DNA of 64,000 nucleotides from Candidatus Doudnabacteria bacterium (GTDB lineage: Bacteria > Patescibacteriota > Doudnabacteria > UBA920 > 2-01-FULL-46-14), in NCBI GenBank assembly GCA_041497195.1, contig JBGQGB010000001.1, positions 73,904-137,903 on the forward strand. Direction: 5' to 3'. This document shows positions 40,708 to 51,720 of this stretch, piece after piece (the stretch's first letter is position 1; every line of letters begins with the position of its first letter). The translations under genes and the position numbers were made by a program. Under the pieces are notes generated by a model. The model was not told the origin of the DNA, did not search any database, and was given only the letters and a program-made list of their open reading frames with translations.

Positions 40708-41079
40708 TTAAATAACTTCCGGCGCAAGGCTAATAATCTTGGTAAAACCGAGGTCTCGCAGCTCGCGCGGGATCGGCCCGAAAATCCGAGTTCCTTTCGG
40801 TTCCTTGTTGTCTTTGTTTATCAAAACCGCGGCATTTTCGTCAAACCGGATATACGATCCGTCTGCCCGGCGCGTCTCTTTGCGCGTGCGGACGATCACG
40901 GCGTAGACTTTCTCGCCCTTTTTGACCTGACCGGAGGGAGCCGCGATTTTTACGGAAGCCACCACCACATCACCGAGTTTCGCATGCCGGTTTGAATTCT
41001 TGCCGGACACGCTGAAAAGCGCAATCTCTCTTGCGCCGGTGTTGTCCGCTACCGTCAACCTGGAACGTAAATGAAGCAT
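40708..41079 (-). CDS. rplN: 50S ribosomal protein L14
   Basis: VADNTGA, GTRIFGP, SLAPEVI; start at MLHLRS. Confidence 0.97.
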   Translation of the reverse strand: MLHLRSRLTVADNTGAREIALFSVSGKNSNRHAKLGDVVVASVKIAAPSGQVKKGEKVYAVIVRTRKETRRADGSYIRFDENAAVLINKDNKEPKGTRIFGPIPRELRDLGFTKIISLAPEVI

Positions 41080-41090
41080 ATTATTGAAAA

Positions 41091-41327
41091 TTATTTCACT
41101 TTTCTTAATACTCGCCACCGTTTGCCGGAAGACAAAGGCTTCGTCTCTTCGATCTCCACTATATCGCCGGTATGAAATTCCGATTTGTCGTCATGGGCTT
41201 TGTAGCGCTTGTGAATCGTATAGCGTTTGTGATACTTCGGGTGCCGTTTGACGACCGTGACTTTGACCACCACGGTTTTCTGCATCTTATCGCTGACGAT
41301 TTCTCCGAGAAGTTTCTTATTCGGCAT
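41091..41327 (-). CDS. rpsQ: 30S ribosomal protein S17
   Basis: [17 protein letters not shown]. Confidence 0.96.
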   Translation of the reverse strand: MPNKKLLGEIVSDKMQKTVVVKVTVVKRHPKYHKRYTIHKRYKAHDDKSEFHTGDIVEIEETKPLSSGKRWRVLRKVK

Positions 41328-41511
41328 GTTTTTGCTCCCCCAAGATAGTTAGTATGCGGGCGACATCTTTCTTGGCCTGCCGCATCAGTTGGTGATTTTT
41401 GACCTCTTTGCTGGCGATGCGAAAACGCAAAGTCCGGACGTTGTCCTTGAGCTCGACTAGGAGCTTGGCCAGATCTACAGAATTTTTTTTGCGAAGTTCT
41501 TGAATCTTCAC
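41317..41511 (-). CDS. rpmC: 50S ribosomal protein L29
   Basis: ELRKK...LRF...KKDVARILT; GTG start with AGGAG upstream. Confidence 0.93.
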   Translation of the reverse strand: MKIQELRKKNSVDLAKLLVELKDNVRTLRFRIASKEVKNHQLMRQAKKDVARILTILGEQKHAE

Positions 41512-41573
41512 CGTAGTGAGCTCCTGTGCCGGTTTAAGGATAGGCGCAAATTTGAATTGCGGAATTTTTTCAT
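41508..41573 (-). CDS. Possible 21-aa basic micro-ORF
   Basis: MKKFRNSNLRLSLNRHRSSLR*; stop overlaps the rpmC start (GTGA). Confidence 0.3.
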   Translation of the reverse strand: MKKFRNSNLRLSLNRHRSSLR

Positions 41574-41608
41574 GGCAAATCTTCGCTCAGAATAAAAACT
41601 AAAAGTGT

Positions 41609-42022
41609 TCATACCTGCTGCCTTTCTTCAAAACTGGTTTTCACCGGCAATTTGTGAGAGGCCAAACGCATAGCCTCCTTGGCCTGATTCACGTTGACTC
41701 CGTCAATTTCAAACAGGACCCGGCCTTTCTTGACTACTGCTACAAAATGATCCACCGCGCCTTTACCGCCGCCCATGGGAATTTCGTTGCCTTTGGCCGT
41801 GATCGCTTTGTCCGGAAAAATTCTAATCCAAATCTTACCGCCGCGCTGGACGTAGCGGGTCATGGCGCGCCGGGCTGCTTCAATCTGCCGGCTCGTCACC
41901 CAGCCGTTGGTCGTGGCGCGTAAACCGTAATTGCCGAAGCTCAAATAATTTCCCGCCATGGCTTTGCCTTTGGTGTTCCCGCGGTGATGTTTCCTGTGTT
42001 TAGTTTTTTTAGGGATGAGCAT
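41609..42022 (-). CDS. rplP: 50S ribosomal protein L16
   Basis: [22 protein letters not shown]. Confidence 0.97.
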   Translation of the reverse strand: MLIPKKTKHRKHHRGNTKGKAMAGNYLSFGNYGLRATTNGWVTSRQIEAARRAMTRYVQRGGKIWIRIFPDKAITAKGNEIPMGGGKGAVDHFVAVVKKGRVLFEIDGVNVNQAKEAMRLASHKLPVKTSFEERQQV

Positions 42023-42039
42023 ATATAAATAAACAGTGT

Positions 42040-42726
42040 TTAGCGACCCAGCCGGCGTTCCGGCTTGGCTGCGGCGGCGTCTGGCTTCTGGGAAGCAAAA
42101 ATCTCGCCTTTGTTAATCCAAACTTTGATACCGACCGTTCCGTAAGTCGTAAATGCGGTGGCTTTGGCAAAATCGATCTGTGCCCGCAGGGTATGCAGGG
42201 GCAGCTTCCCTTTGTACAGCCATTCGGTCCGCGCGATCTCCGCACCCCCAAGACGGCCGGCCATCATAATCTTCACTCCCAAAGCACCCGCGTCCATAAT
42301 CTGTTCAATCGCGGTCTTGATGGCTCGACGGAACGCCATCCGCTTTTCGATCTGCTCAGCCAGCGTGTGCGCCCAAACCTGGGCTTCCAGGTTGAAATGT
42401 TTTGACTCTTCAATCGTAAGTTTCAGTTCGTGTTTGAGCTTCAAGGTCTTCTTCATCTGCTTTTTGAAATCTTCCACGCCCATGCCGCCTTTCCCGATAA
42501 TCATACCGGGTCGCGTCGAATGAACAATCACGTTGATTTCCTGATTCAACCGCTCTACATCGATGCGGATAATGCCGGCTTTGGCAAATTTTTTCCAGAC
42601 AAAATCGCGAATCAAGCTGTCCTCCTGCAAAGTCTGAGAAAATTTCCGGCCACGGGCAAACCAGCGCGATTTCCACGTTTCCGTAATATTGAGTCTCAGG
42701 CTGGTCGGATTGACTTTGTGTCCCAT
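42040..42726 (-). CDS. rpsC: 30S ribosomal protein S3
   Basis: MGHKVNP, RPGMIIG, PLHTLRA. Confidence 0.97.
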   Translation of the reverse strand: MGHKVNPTSLRLNITETWKSRWFARGRKFSQTLQEDSLIRDFVWKKFAKAGIIRIDVERLNQEINVIVHSTRPGMIIGKGGMGVEDFKKQMKKTLKLKHELKLTIEESKHFNLEAQVWAHTLAEQIEKRMAFRRAIKTAIEQIMDAGALGVKIMMAGRLGGAEIARTEWLYKGKLPLHTLRAQIDFAKATAFTTYGTVGIKVWINKGEIFASQKPDAAAAKPERRLGR

Positions 42727-42766
42727 TGTCGTAATTTAAAAATCTGCCTTAGAAATAAACATTTTA

Positions 42767-43387
42767 CTACATGCTCCCCCGGCGATCAAAACCCGTATAG
42801 TGCTTTCCCTTGGTGTCTTCCTTGGGCGGCACTTGCGAGCCAGTGCCAGCCTTGTCTTTCTTGCGCCAAAAAGCGAAACGGGATTTCTTTACCGGAGCTT
42901 CCATCTTTGGTTCCGGTTCTTGCCTTTCCGCCTGTTCGATTTGCGCCTCCCGCTTGGCATCAGTCTTGGTTTCTACTTTTGCCGCGGCTAAGAACGGTTT
43001 GCGCTTGGCCGAAAGTTTGGTTTTGCTCACACCCAAGATGAGGTTGAGGTGACTGGTGCGCTTGCGCACCGGCATGGCCCGGCCTTGCGCCCGGGGGGTG
43101 TAGCGGAAAAATACCCGGCCGCCGTCGACGGAAAAATGTTTGATAAACAACCGCTCGGATTCGATTTGAAAATTGTGCGAAGCATTGGCGACCGCGGAGT
43201 GCAGAAGCTTCTTGATCGGCAGAACTGCCTTTTTGCTCAAAAAATCCAATTGCACCAAAGCCTCGTCCACAGGCATATTCCGCAGCAGGTCCACGACCAA
43301 ACGCGCTTTTCGCGGCGACACATGGACGCGCCGGGCAAAGGCTTTGACTTCGACTACTTCAGCTTTGGTCCCCTTTTCTTCTGCCAT
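42767..43387 (-). CDS. rplV: 50S ribosomal protein L22 with long C-terminal extension
   Basis: SPRKARLV, PRAQGRA, RTSHL, then ~85 extra residues. Confidence 0.95.
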   Translation of the reverse strand: MAEEKGTKAEVVEVKAFARRVHVSPRKARLVVDLLRNMPVDEALVQLDFLSKKAVLPIKKLLHSAVANASHNFQIESERLFIKHFSVDGGRVFFRYTPRAQGRAMPVRKRTSHLNLILGVSKTKLSAKRKPFLAAAKVETKTDAKREAQIEQAERQEPEPKMEAPVKKSRFAFWRKKDKAGTGSQVPPKEDTKGKHYTGFDRRGSM

Positions 43388-43392
43388 AAATA

Positions 43393-43734
43393 TTATTTCT
43401 TCTCAGGTGTAGTTTCCTGCGCAGCCTGGATTTTCGCTTTCTCCGCTTCTGCGGCTGCCGTTGCTTCCTCTCTAGCCATCCGGCCACCATGCTTTACGAA
43501 TTTGCGGGTCTGCGCAAACTCGCCCAGCTTATGGCCGACCATATCTTCGGAGACGAAAACGTCAATAAAGGTTTTGCCGTTGTGCACGGCGAAAGTCAAA
43601 CCGACCATATCGGGCGTAATCGTACTGTCCCGCGACCAGGTTTTGATAGGCGTCTTATCGCCCGGTTTCTGGTTCTGGATTCTTTTGACTAGGTTCGGGT
43701 CGACAAACGGCCCTTTTTTCAGAGATCGACTCAT
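43393..43734 (-). CDS. rpsS: 30S ribosomal protein S19
   Basis: [20 protein letters not shown]. Confidence 0.97.
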   Translation of the reverse strand: MSRSLKKGPFVDPNLVKRIQNQKPGDKTPIKTWSRDSTITPDMVGLTFAVHNGKTFIDVFVSEDMVGHKLGEFAQTRKFVKHGGRMAREEATAAAEAEKAKIQAAQETTPEKK

Positions 43735-43753
43735 GGTTTTGTGAAGTTAAAAA

Positions 43754-44587
43754 CTATTTGCGTCGCTGAAGAATAAACTTGTTTGAGGCTTTGTGCTTGC
43801 GCCGGGTTTTCACGCCCAAAGCATGCTTGCCCCACGGAGTCTTAGGATATTTCAAACCAATCGGGTTGCGACCCTCGCCGCCGCCATGAGGGTGGTCCAC
43901 AGGATTCATAGCCTTGCCGCGCACGGTCGGCTTGATGCCCATGAGGCGCTTGCGGCCGGCTTTGCCAATGCGGACATTGAGATTATCAACGTTGGAAATC
44001 TGTCCGATTGTCGCCATGGTCTCTACCAAAAAACGGCGCAGCTCGCCTGAGGGCAATTTCAAAATAGCGTATGGCCCTTCGACTGCCATGATCGTGGCGT
44101 ACGAGCCGGCGCCTTTGACCACCTGGCCGCCTTTGCCCGGCTCGAGTTCGATATCGTGCACGAGGGTCCCGGCGGGAATATTCGTAAGCTTAGTCCGATT
44201 GCCCGGCTTGATCTCGACTTTTCCCTGTGAACTCATCACCTCTTGGCCAATCACCACTTCGTGAGGAGCCAAGATATATCGCTTCACTCCATCCCGGTAG
44301 GACAGGAGCGCTAAAAAAGCGGAACGGTTTGGATCGTATTCGATAGAAACTATCTTGGCGGGAATATTGAATTTCTCTCGCTGATTATCGATGATCCGGA
44401 TTTTTTTCTTGGAGCCGCCGCCGATGTGCCGGACCGTGATTTTACCTTGCTGGTTGCGCCCGCCGGACTTGGCTTTGTTGAAAAACAAACTGCGCGGCCC
44501 TTGCGGTTTTTTAGCCACACCCGAATAATCGATGGTCGAGGTCTTTCGCATTCCCGGGGTGGTAGGTTTGTAAAATTTTAGTGCCAT
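43754..44587 (-). CDS. rplB: 50S ribosomal protein L2
   Basis: [17 protein letters not shown]; start at MALKFY. Confidence 0.98.
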   Translation of the reverse strand: MALKFYKPTTPGMRKTSTIDYSGVAKKPQGPRSLFFNKAKSGGRNQQGKITVRHIGGGSKKKIRIIDNQREKFNIPAKIVSIEYDPNRSAFLALLSYRDGVKRYILAPHEVVIGQEVMSSQGKVEIKPGNRTKLTNIPAGTLVHDIELEPGKGGQVVKGAGSYATIMAVEGPYAILKLPSGELRRFLVETMATIGQISNVDNLNVRIGKAGRKRLMGIKPTVRGKAMNPVDHPHGGGEGRNPIGLKYPKTPWGKHALGVKTRRKHKASNKFILQRRK

Positions 44588-44592
44588 ATATT

Positions 44593-45036
44593 TTATCCGA
44601 CTGACTCGATTATTCCCGGGATTTTTTCGCCTTTGGCCACAGTGACAATCGCCTTTTTCCACGCCGAAGTCCGGCCGACGCTGCGGCCGTAACGCCGGGC
44701 TTTACCCGGCTGCTTGACGATACGAACCGCTTCGACATGAACATTGTAAACCCGCTGAATGCTCTTTCTAATCTCTGATTTGTTCGCCTTGGTATGCACG
44801 GCGAAAACATATTTTCCCGAAGCAGCCAGGTGGGTGCCTTTCTCGGAGAGAATCGGACGCAATAAAACCTGATAAGCCTGGCTGGCGCCCAAATTTGGCC
44901 TCGCCTGTTGACGCGGGGCGCTAGATTCTACGGGAGTTTCCGGCTTGAGCGCTTTGCTCTCCGTCTTTTCCAGCGCAGGTTTTGCCGGCGCTGCTTCTAC
45001 TTTTTTCTTCAAACCCAGTTTATTGAGTATTCCCAT
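44593..45036 (-). CDS. rplW: 50S ribosomal protein L23 with N-terminal extension
   Basis: PILSEK, ANKSEI, WKKAIVT, preceded by ~50 extra residues. Confidence 0.94.
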   Translation of the reverse strand: MGILNKLGLKKKVEAAPAKPALEKTESKALKPETPVESSAPRQQARPNLGASQAYQVLLRPILSEKGTHLAASGKYVFAVHTKANKSEIRKSIQRVYNVHVEAVRIVKQPGKARRYGRSVGRTSAWKKAIVTVAKGEKIPGIIESVG

Positions 45037-45042
45037 ATCAGT

Positions 45043-45729
45043 TTATTTAACTTGTTTGATACTGCCCACTTCCACAACATCGCTGGTTGCGTCAGCGAGG
45101 TAAGTTTTTTCCATGACTGGGAGTGCATTTTTTAAGATCAAAATATTGTCACTCCAAAGCAAATCCAAAAGATTGAGATTGTTCGCCTGGGCAATTTTGA
45201 CATTTGCCAAATTTCTCGAGGAGCGAATCAAATTTTCCTGTTTATCGGCCGTCAGAATCAAAACTTTACGGCCTTTCAGAAGCTTCTCCAATCCCTTGAG
45301 CTTGCTTTGCAGTTCCCTAGTTTTCGATTGAGCGGTGACCAAATCTTCGAGCACGACGATGCGACCATCTTGGGCGCGGTCACTCAATACGGAAAGAAGA
45401 AGGGCACGCTTGGTTTTGCGATTGACCTTTTTGTGGTAATTTCTGGCCGGACTCGGGCCAAAAATGATTCCGCCTCCGCGCCATAAAGGCGAACGGATGG
45501 ATCCGACGCGGGCCCGACCAGTACCTTTTTGCTTCCACGGTTTTTTTCCTCCTCCGCGGACGTTACCGCGAGTTTTGGTGGATGAGATCGGTTGGCGCAG
45601 ATTCGCGAGCATAGCCGTGACCACTAATTGCAAAACTGCCGGATTGACTTTGGCCTTGCCGAAAAGTTTGGCACTAAGTTCCATTTCCCCGACATTCGCC
45701 CCCGTATCATTGTAGACAGTACTTTTCAT
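45043..45729 (-). CDS. rplD: 50S ribosomal protein L4
   Basis: [21 protein letters not shown]. Confidence 0.97.
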   Translation of the reverse strand: MKSTVYNDTGANVGEMELSAKLFGKAKVNPAVLQLVVTAMLANLRQPISSTKTRGNVRGGGKKPWKQKGTGRARVGSIRSPLWRGGGIIFGPSPARNYHKKVNRKTKRALLLSVLSDRAQDGRIVVLEDLVTAQSKTRELQSKLKGLEKLLKGRKVLILTADKQENLIRSSRNLANVKIAQANNLNLLDLLWSDNILILKNALPVMEKTYLADATSDVVEVGSIKQVK

Positions 45730-45735
45730 AAAAAA

Positions 45736-46365
45736 TTATTTAGCCGCCTCCTTGGCCTCAGCGGCCTCTACCTTGGCCTCTTCTTTTTTGTAATCGGCTA
45801 ATTTCGGCATCTGTTTGATCTTGCCGGTCGTGACTATTTTCAATAAACCTTGGGGAGCTCCCGGAACGCCGCCTTTGACGAAGAGCAATTTCTTGCCCGG
45901 CTCCACCGCGACGATCACGGAATTTTTCACACTGGCCTTGGCAGCGCCCATATGCCCGGCCATGCGCAACCCCGGCCGCACGTGCTGAGGAAAACGCTGA
46001 CCAATCGAACCGACGGCGCGCGGATGATCGTGGCCGTGGGTGGCGGGTGCTCCGTGAAATCCATGCCGCTTTACTGCCCCAGCAAACCCGCGACCCTTGC
46101 TGATCCCGGTAACATTGATGACCTCACCCGGGGTAAAATCGCCAACAGTCAGTTCCTGACCGACTTGATAGTCACCGGCAGTGATGCGAAATTCCCGTTT
46201 ATTCTTGCCAAACACAACCTGGACCGCCTGGTATTTATCTTTCTCTGTAGTTCTGACCATTGTCACTTTGCACTCAGGCACCTCCAAAACCGTGACAGGT
46301 ACGACTTTGCCGTCATCGGTGAACAATTGGGTCATATTCAGTTTGCGCGCCAGAATAAATGTCAT
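45736..46365 (-). CDS. rplC: 50S ribosomal protein L3
   Basis: MTQLF, SKGRGFAG, MAGHMG; start at MTFILARK. Confidence 0.97.
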   Translation of the reverse strand: MTFILARKLNMTQLFTDDGKVVPVTVLEVPECKVTMVRTTEKDKYQAVQVVFGKNKREFRITAGDYQVGQELTVGDFTPGEVINVTGISKGRGFAGAVKRHGFHGAPATHGHDHPRAVGSIGQRFPQHVRPGLRMAGHMGAAKASVKNSVIVAVEPGKKLLFVKGGVPGAPQGLLKIVTTGKIKQMPKLADYKKEEAKVEAAEAKEAAK

Positions 46366-46372
46366 GGGATTT

Positions 46373-46494
46373 AAAAAAACTGGTCCGACCGACCAGTAAA
46401 GCAAAATCTATCTTAAATAGACTTTCTACTGGTAAATCGTTATCCCGAGTTGCAAGCGGTTTGGGCTTTGCACCGACTCAAGAACCTATTTACC
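46373..46494 (-). promoter_or_regulatory. Candidate transcription attenuator upstream of rplC
   Basis: Three overlapping, mutually exclusive hairpins; the last is ACTGGTC/GACCAGT plus a U tract. Confidence 0.6.
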
Positions 46495-46540
46495 GATCTT
46501 AACCTGAAAATTTAGCAATAAACTTTATTCTTTCTAAAAC

Positions 46541-46873
46541 TTACATCTTTATCTCGATATCCACGCCAGCGGGAAGATTGAGATTGGTCAGTGAATCAAT
46601 GGTTTTCTGGGTGGGAGCCAAAATATCAATGAGCCGTTTGTGGATCCTCATCTCGTACTGATCCCGAGAATCCTTGTGGACAAACGTCGAACGCAATACC
46701 GTATATTTGGTCTTTTCCGTGGGCAAGGGTACTGGCCCGGAAATGGTCGCCCCGCTCTTTCTCGCCGTCTCCACTATCTGCTTCGCGCTCTGGTCAATAA
46801 GCTTGTGATCATAAGCGCGGATCTTGATGCGAATTCTTTGATGTTCTTGTACGACGTCTGTTTTGGCCTTCAT
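46541..46873 (-). CDS. rpsJ: 30S ribosomal protein S10
   Basis: [22 protein letters not shown]. Confidence 0.97.
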   Translation of the reverse strand: MKAKTDVVQEHQRIRIKIRAYDHKLIDQSAKQIVETARKSGATISGPVPLPTEKTKYTVLRSTFVHKDSRDQYEMRIHKRLIDILAPTQKTIDSLTNLNLPAGVDIEIKM

Positions 46874-46875
46874 TG

Positions 46876-48060
46876 TTACTTGGTAATCTTGGTAACCACT
46901 CCCGCCCCGACCGTATGCCCGCCTTCGCGAATGGCGAAACGACCCTGTTCCTCAAGCGCTACCGGCACAATTAATTTGACCTGCAGATTGATGGTGTCGC
47001 CGGGCATGACCATTTCTTTGCCGGCAGGGAGGGTCACGTCTCCTGTCACGTCAGTGGTTCGGATATAAAACTGCGGTTTGTATCCCGTGAAAAAAGCTGT
47101 ATGCCTGCCACCTTCGTCTTTGGTCAAGATATAGACCTCCGCGTCAAATTCGGTATGAGGGGTAATGGAGCCGGGCTTGGCCAAAACTTGTCCGCGCTCG
47201 ACTTCTTCCTTTTTGGTACCGCGCAAGAGCACTCCGGCGTTGTCGCCAGCGCGGCCTTCGTCCAATGATTTATTGAACATTTCGATACCGGTCACAACGG
47301 TCTTTTGGGTCGGCTTCAAACCGACGATTTCTACTTCATCATTGAGTTTGACCATGCCCCGCTCGATCCTGCCCGTCACTACAGTCCCGCGGCCTTCAAT
47401 GGAGAAAATATCTTCAATCGGCATCAGGAACGGCTTGTCTGTCTCGCGTTTCGGTTCCGGGAAATAGGCATCCATAGTTTCCAGAAGTTTTCCAATAGAC
47501 TCCAAAGCAGCCGGATCATCCTCGGTCGCCTTCAAAGCGGAACCGCGGATAATCGGGGTGTCCTTGCCCGGGTAATTGTATTTGTTCAAAAGTTCGCGCA
47601 CTTCCTCTTCCACCAGATCGATGAGCTCCTTGTCATCCACCATGTCGACTTTATTCAAAAAAACGATGATATCAGGCACGCCTACCTGCCGAGCCAAAAG
47701 AATGTGCTCGCGGGTTTGCGGCATCGGACCGTCAGCAGCGGATACGACGAGAACAGCACCATCCATCTGAGCGGCACCCGTAATCATGTTTTTGATGTAG
47801 TCCGCGTGTCCGGGAGCGTCAACGTGGGCATAGTGGCGTTTCTCAGTCTCGTATTCGACGTGCGAAGTATTGATGGTGATTCCGCGCTCTTTTTCCTCAG
47901 GAGCGTTGTCGATGGAATCATAAGACCGCTCTTTGGCCAAGCCTTTTTTGGCTAAATAATGGGTAATTGCCGCGGTCAATGTGGTCTTGCCATGGTCAAC
48001 GTGACCAATGGTGCCAACGTTAATGTGCGGTTTAGTTCGGTCAAATTTCCCTACTGCCAT
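46876..48060 (-). CDS. tuf: Elongation factor Tu
   Basis: [27 protein letters not shown]. Confidence 0.99.
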   Translation of the reverse strand: MAVGKFDRTKPHINVGTIGHVDHGKTTLTAAITHYLAKKGLAKERSYDSIDNAPEEKERGITINTSHVEYETEKRHYAHVDAPGHADYIKNMITGAAQMDGAVLVVSAADGPMPQTREHILLARQVGVPDIIVFLNKVDMVDDKELIDLVEEEVRELLNKYNYPGKDTPIIRGSALKATEDDPAALESIGKLLETMDAYFPEPKRETDKPFLMPIEDIFSIEGRGTVVTGRIERGMVKLNDEVEIVGLKPTQKTVVTGIEMFNKSLDEGRAGDNAGVLLRGTKKEEVERGQVLAKPGSITPHTEFDAEVYILTKDEGGRHTAFFTGYKPQFYIRTTDVTGDVTLPAGKEMVMPGDTINLQVKLIVPVALEEQGRFAIREGGHTVGAGVVTKITK

Positions 48061-48113
48061 AGCTTTTGTCCTTACTCTATAGATTAATAAAAAATAAATA
48101 TTTAAGTGTTCAC

Positions 48114-48143
48114 AATATAACAGATTTGTCCCGGTCTAGTCAA
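48114..48143 (-). promoter_or_regulatory. Putative tuf promoter
   Basis: TTGACT-18 nt-TATATT with a TGn extension. Confidence 0.5.
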
Positions 48144-48408
48144 GCGGCTCGATTTTAATCTCATCAGGCAGGTCCTGGATGACTTCTTCCCGCAAATCCA
48201 GAAGCTGCGCATGAGTGACCTGCTCATTGACTCGTTCAATTTGCTCGAGGCGCTTGCGCAAACGGGAAGCCGCCTCGGGAACCGCCAGATCCTGAAACTC
48301 CTGGTAATCCATCAGGACGGCGCTGGGCTTGCCGTCTTCGACAATGATGAACTTGCCGCCAATGAGTTTCAAAAGGCGAAATAAATTGTCCATTTGCCCT
48401 GACTGCAT
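48136..48408 (-). CDS. Small protein with Phd/YefM-like N-terminus between fusA and tuf
   Basis: KFIIVEDGKPSAVLMDYQEF, acidic tail EIKIEPLD. Confidence 0.65.
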   Translation of the reverse strand: MQSGQMDNLFRLLKLIGGKFIIVEDGKPSAVLMDYQEFQDLAVPEAASRLRKRLEQIERVNEQVTHAQLLDLREEVIQDLPDEIKIEPLD

Positions 48409-48460
48409 AATTTAATCGAATTTACTTCTTAATCCGTCCGGGAACAATTACTCTTAAAAA

Positions 48461-50584
48461 TTATCTATTCTGACCGACGCGGATCTTGACGCCATCTCCA
48501 ATCATCTTTTCCGCAATGTGTTTCGGCACTTCGGCATAGTGGGAAAATTCCATAGTGTACGAAGCTTGTCCTTGCGACATGCTCCTGATCGCAGTAGCAT
48601 AGCCGAACATTTCGCCCAAAGGAACCTCGGCATCGATCACCTTGTTGCGCGCCCGTTCCGTCATTTGCTTGATCTGCCCGCGCTTGGAGGAAATGTCGCC
48701 GATCACGTCACCCATGTACTCCTCCGGGGTGACGACTTCAACTTTCATGACCGGTTCGAGAAGTATCGGGTCCGCTTTTTTGACCGCATCCTGGAAAGCT
48801 TTTGAGGCGGCGATTTTGAAAGCAATTTCCGAGGAGTCCACCTCGTGAAAACTGCCGTCATACAAAGCGGCCTTGAAATCCACGACTGGAAAACCGGCGA
48901 TAACGCCGTTGTCCGCCGCTTCCATGATGCCCTTTCCGACAGCCGGAATATATTCCCGCGGGATAGTGCCGCCCACGACTTCATCGAGAAACTCCCGACC
49001 CTTACCGCGCTCTTGCGGCTCCAGCCTCAGCCACACATGCCCATACTGACCGCGTCCGCCAGTCTGGCGGATGTATTTGCCTTCTTGCTCGACGGTTCTT
49101 TTGAAAGTTTCCTTGTAAGCGACTTGCGGCGCGCCGACATTGGCTTCGACTTTGAATTCGCGTTTCATCCGATCCACGATAATTTCCAGATGCAGTTCCC
49201 CCATCCCGGAAATGATAGTTTGCCCGGTCTCCTCATCGCCTTTGATGCGGAAAGTCGGATCTTCTTCCGCCAGCTTCTGCAAGGCAATGCCCATTTTTTC
49301 CTGGTCTGCTTTCGTCCTGGGCTCGATGGCCTGGGAAATGACCGGCTCGGGGAACACAATTGACTCCAAGATTATCGGCTGATCCTCGTCAGAGAGCGTA
49401 TCGCCCGTAAAAGTATCTTTGGGCCCGACCAGGGCGGCAATATCACCGGCGTAGACTTCTTTGATTTCCTCACGGTCGTTAGCATGCAAACGCACCAGAC
49501 GGCCGACTCGCTCCTTGTTCCCGGATCGCGTATTTAAAATATAGGAGCCGGCTGACAGGGTGCCGGAATAAACGCGAAAAAAAGCCAGTTTGCCCACAAA
49601 TGGGTCAGTGGCAATTTTGAAAGCTAGGGCGCTAAACGGATCCGCGTCAAGAGGATTTCGCACCAGCTCGGCATCAGTCTTGGGATCCTTGCCCTTGACC
49701 GGACCTTTGTCAGTGGGGCTTGGCAAAAAATTGGTGACCGCGTCTAGGATGCTTTGCACGATGATGCCCCGACCATCCCCCCCGAGGACCGGGTAAAACT
49801 TTCCGCTCTGCGCCGCTTTTCTGATGGCAACCAAAAACTCCGGCTGGGAAATTTCCTGACCGGCCAGATATTTTTCCAAAAGAACGTCATCGCTTTCGAC
49901 GACTTTTTCCAGGAGATTGTGCCGATATTCTTCGGCTTTGACCCGTAGATCAGAGGGAACTTCCCCGACCGTAAAATCTTTGTCCATATAGTCTTTATAT
50001 GTATAGCCTTTCATCTGGACCAAATCGACAAAGCCGACGACGTCCTTTTCGAAACCGATCGGAATTTGGATGGGAAGTGCATCCTCGGACAACCGCTTGT
50101 GGATGGAATCAAGGCTTTTGTAAAAATCCCCACCCGTCTGGTTAATTTTGTTGATGAAACACATCCGCGGCACGTGATATTTGTCAGCTTGGCGCCAGAC
50201 TGTCTCGCTCTGCGGCTCCACTCCCATTTTTCCGTCAAATATGACCACGGTGCCGTCGAGCACCCGAAGCGACCGCTCCACTTCCACGGTAAAATCCACG
50301 TGGCCGGGCGTGTCGATGATGTTGATGCGATACTTTTTCTCTCCGTCGATGCGGTTGAATTTCGGAGTCCAGTAGCAAGTCACGGCCGCAGCAGTGATAG
50401 TGATCCCACGCTCGCGCTCCTGCTCCATCCAGTCAGTCGTGGTATCACCCTCATGGACCATGCCGATTTTGTGAATCAAGCCAGTATTAAACAAAATGCC
50501 TTCCGTGACCGTGGTTTTGCCAGCGTCAATGTGGGCAATGATGCCAATATTTCGAGTTTGTCCAATCGGCAGCTCTCGCGCCAT
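48461..50584 (-). CDS. fusA: Elongation factor G (variant G4/G5 motifs)
   Basis: [27 protein letters not shown]; NKIN and GGDGR. Confidence 0.98.
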   Translation of the reverse strand: MARELPIGQTRNIGIIAHIDAGKTTVTEGILFNTGLIHKIGMVHEGDTTTDWMEQERERGITITAAAVTCYWTPKFNRIDGEKKYRINIIDTPGHVDFTVEVERSLRVLDGTVVIFDGKMGVEPQSETVWRQADKYHVPRMCFINKINQTGGDFYKSLDSIHKRLSEDALPIQIPIGFEKDVVGFVDLVQMKGYTYKDYMDKDFTVGEVPSDLRVKAEEYRHNLLEKVVESDDVLLEKYLAGQEISQPEFLVAIRKAAQSGKFYPVLGGDGRGIIVQSILDAVTNFLPSPTDKGPVKGKDPKTDAELVRNPLDADPFSALAFKIATDPFVGKLAFFRVYSGTLSAGSYILNTRSGNKERVGRLVRLHANDREEIKEVYAGDIAALVGPKDTFTGDTLSDEDQPIILESIVFPEPVISQAIEPRTKADQEKMGIALQKLAEEDPTFRIKGDEETGQTIISGMGELHLEIIVDRMKREFKVEANVGAPQVAYKETFKRTVEQEGKYIRQTGGRGQYGHVWLRLEPQERGKGREFLDEVVGGTIPREYIPAVGKGIMEAADNGVIAGFPVVDFKAALYDGSFHEVDSSEIAFKIAASKAFQDAVKKADPILLEPVMKVEVVTPEEYMGDVIGDISSKRGQIKQMTERARNKVIDAEVPLGEMFGYATAIRSMSQGQASYTMEFSHYAEVPKHIAEKMIGDGVKIRVGQNR

Positions 50585-50587
50585 AGT

Positions 50588-51073
50588 TTATCTCCTATTA
50601 AACCTCGCGAAATGAGCAAACGCCCAGTTGGCCTCAGCCATCCGGTGAGTGTCTTCTTTCTTTTTGATAGCCGTGCCTTGATTGTTAAAAGCAGACATAA
50701 TTTCCTCAGCCAGCTTGACATGCATAGGCTTGCCTTTCGTGCTGCGGGCCGCGCCGATGAGCCACCGCATCCCCAGAGTGGTTTTGCGCGGCTCCACGAC
50801 TTCTAGAGGCACTTGATAGTTGGCTCCGCCGATACGCCGGCTTTTGACTTCCAAAAGCGGGCTGACATTTTTCAGCGCAGTGTCGAAAATTTGCCGCGGC
50901 TCGGTATTCATCTTTTCCTTGATGTAATTGAAAGCCTCGTAGACGATTTTTTGGGCAACGGATTTTTTGCCGCGCTCCATGACGTGGTTTATGAACTTCG
51001 CCACTTTGACGTTGTTGTATTTGGGATCGGGCTCAATCTTGTGTCGTTTATATGTGCGACTTTTTCTAGGCAT
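50588..51073 (-). CDS. rpsG: 30S ribosomal protein S7
   Basis: [24 protein letters not shown]. Confidence 0.98.
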   Translation of the reverse strand: MPRKSRTYKRHKIEPDPKYNNVKVAKFINHVMERGKKSVAQKIVYEAFNYIKEKMNTEPRQIFDTALKNVSPLLEVKSRRIGGANYQVPLEVVEPRKTTLGMRWLIGAARSTKGKPMHVKLAEEIMSAFNNQGTAIKKKEDTHRMAEANWAFAHFARFNRR

Positions 51074-51162
51074 TGATTTAGCTTGTAGGAATTAGCTTGC
51101 AGCTTGTTTTGGTTCTGGGGAAATTCCCTACCACCTACAAGCTACCAGCCATACCCTAATAA

Positions 51163-51579
51163 TTATTTCGGTCGTTTAGCTCCGTATTTACTCCGACTGC
51201 GGCGACGATTTTCCACTCCGGCGGCATCGAGCTTGCCGCGGATAATATGGTACCGCACGCCCGGCAAATCTTTGACCCGACCGCCACGAATCATGACCAC
51301 TGCGTGCTCCTGCAAATTGTGGCCGATGCCCGGGATGTAAGCAGTCACTTCCTGACCGTTGGTCAGACGCACGCGGGCGACTTTGCGGATGGCGGAGTTC
51401 GGTTTTTTCGGCGTGGTAGTATAGACCTTGATGCAAACGCCACGTTTGAACGGCGACCCTTTGGGCAATTCCACCGGCCGGTTTTTGATCAGATTGAAAG
51501 CGCGCTGCAAAGCCGGGCTCTTGGACTTGTATTTGAGCGGGTGCCGGCCTTTTCGGATTAATTGGTTGATTGTAGGCAT
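51163..51579 (-). CDS. rpsL: 30S ribosomal protein S12
   Basis: [24 protein letters not shown]. Confidence 0.98.
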   Translation of the reverse strand: MPTINQLIRKGRHPLKYKSKSPALQRAFNLIKNRPVELPKGSPFKRGVCIKVYTTTPKKPNSAIRKVARVRLTNGQEVTAYIPGIGHNLQEHAVVMIRGGRVKDLPGVRYHIIRGKLDAAGVENRRRSRSKYGAKRPK

Positions 51580-51629
51580 GGATTTCAATAAAAAGTACGC
51601 AAGCTCAGCGCCTCGTACTGTGTACGAAC

Positions 51630-51658
51630 ATCATAACAAGGTCGAAAACTTTCGTCAA
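51630..51658 (-). promoter_or_regulatory. str operon sigma70 promoter
   Basis: TTGACG-17 nt-TATGAT with a TGn extension. Confidence 0.7.
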
Positions 51659-51720
51659 ATCCCAAAAATGCTTCTGCGACTTTGATTGACAGACAAAGCC
51701 GCGCTTTGTAGAAATCACTT

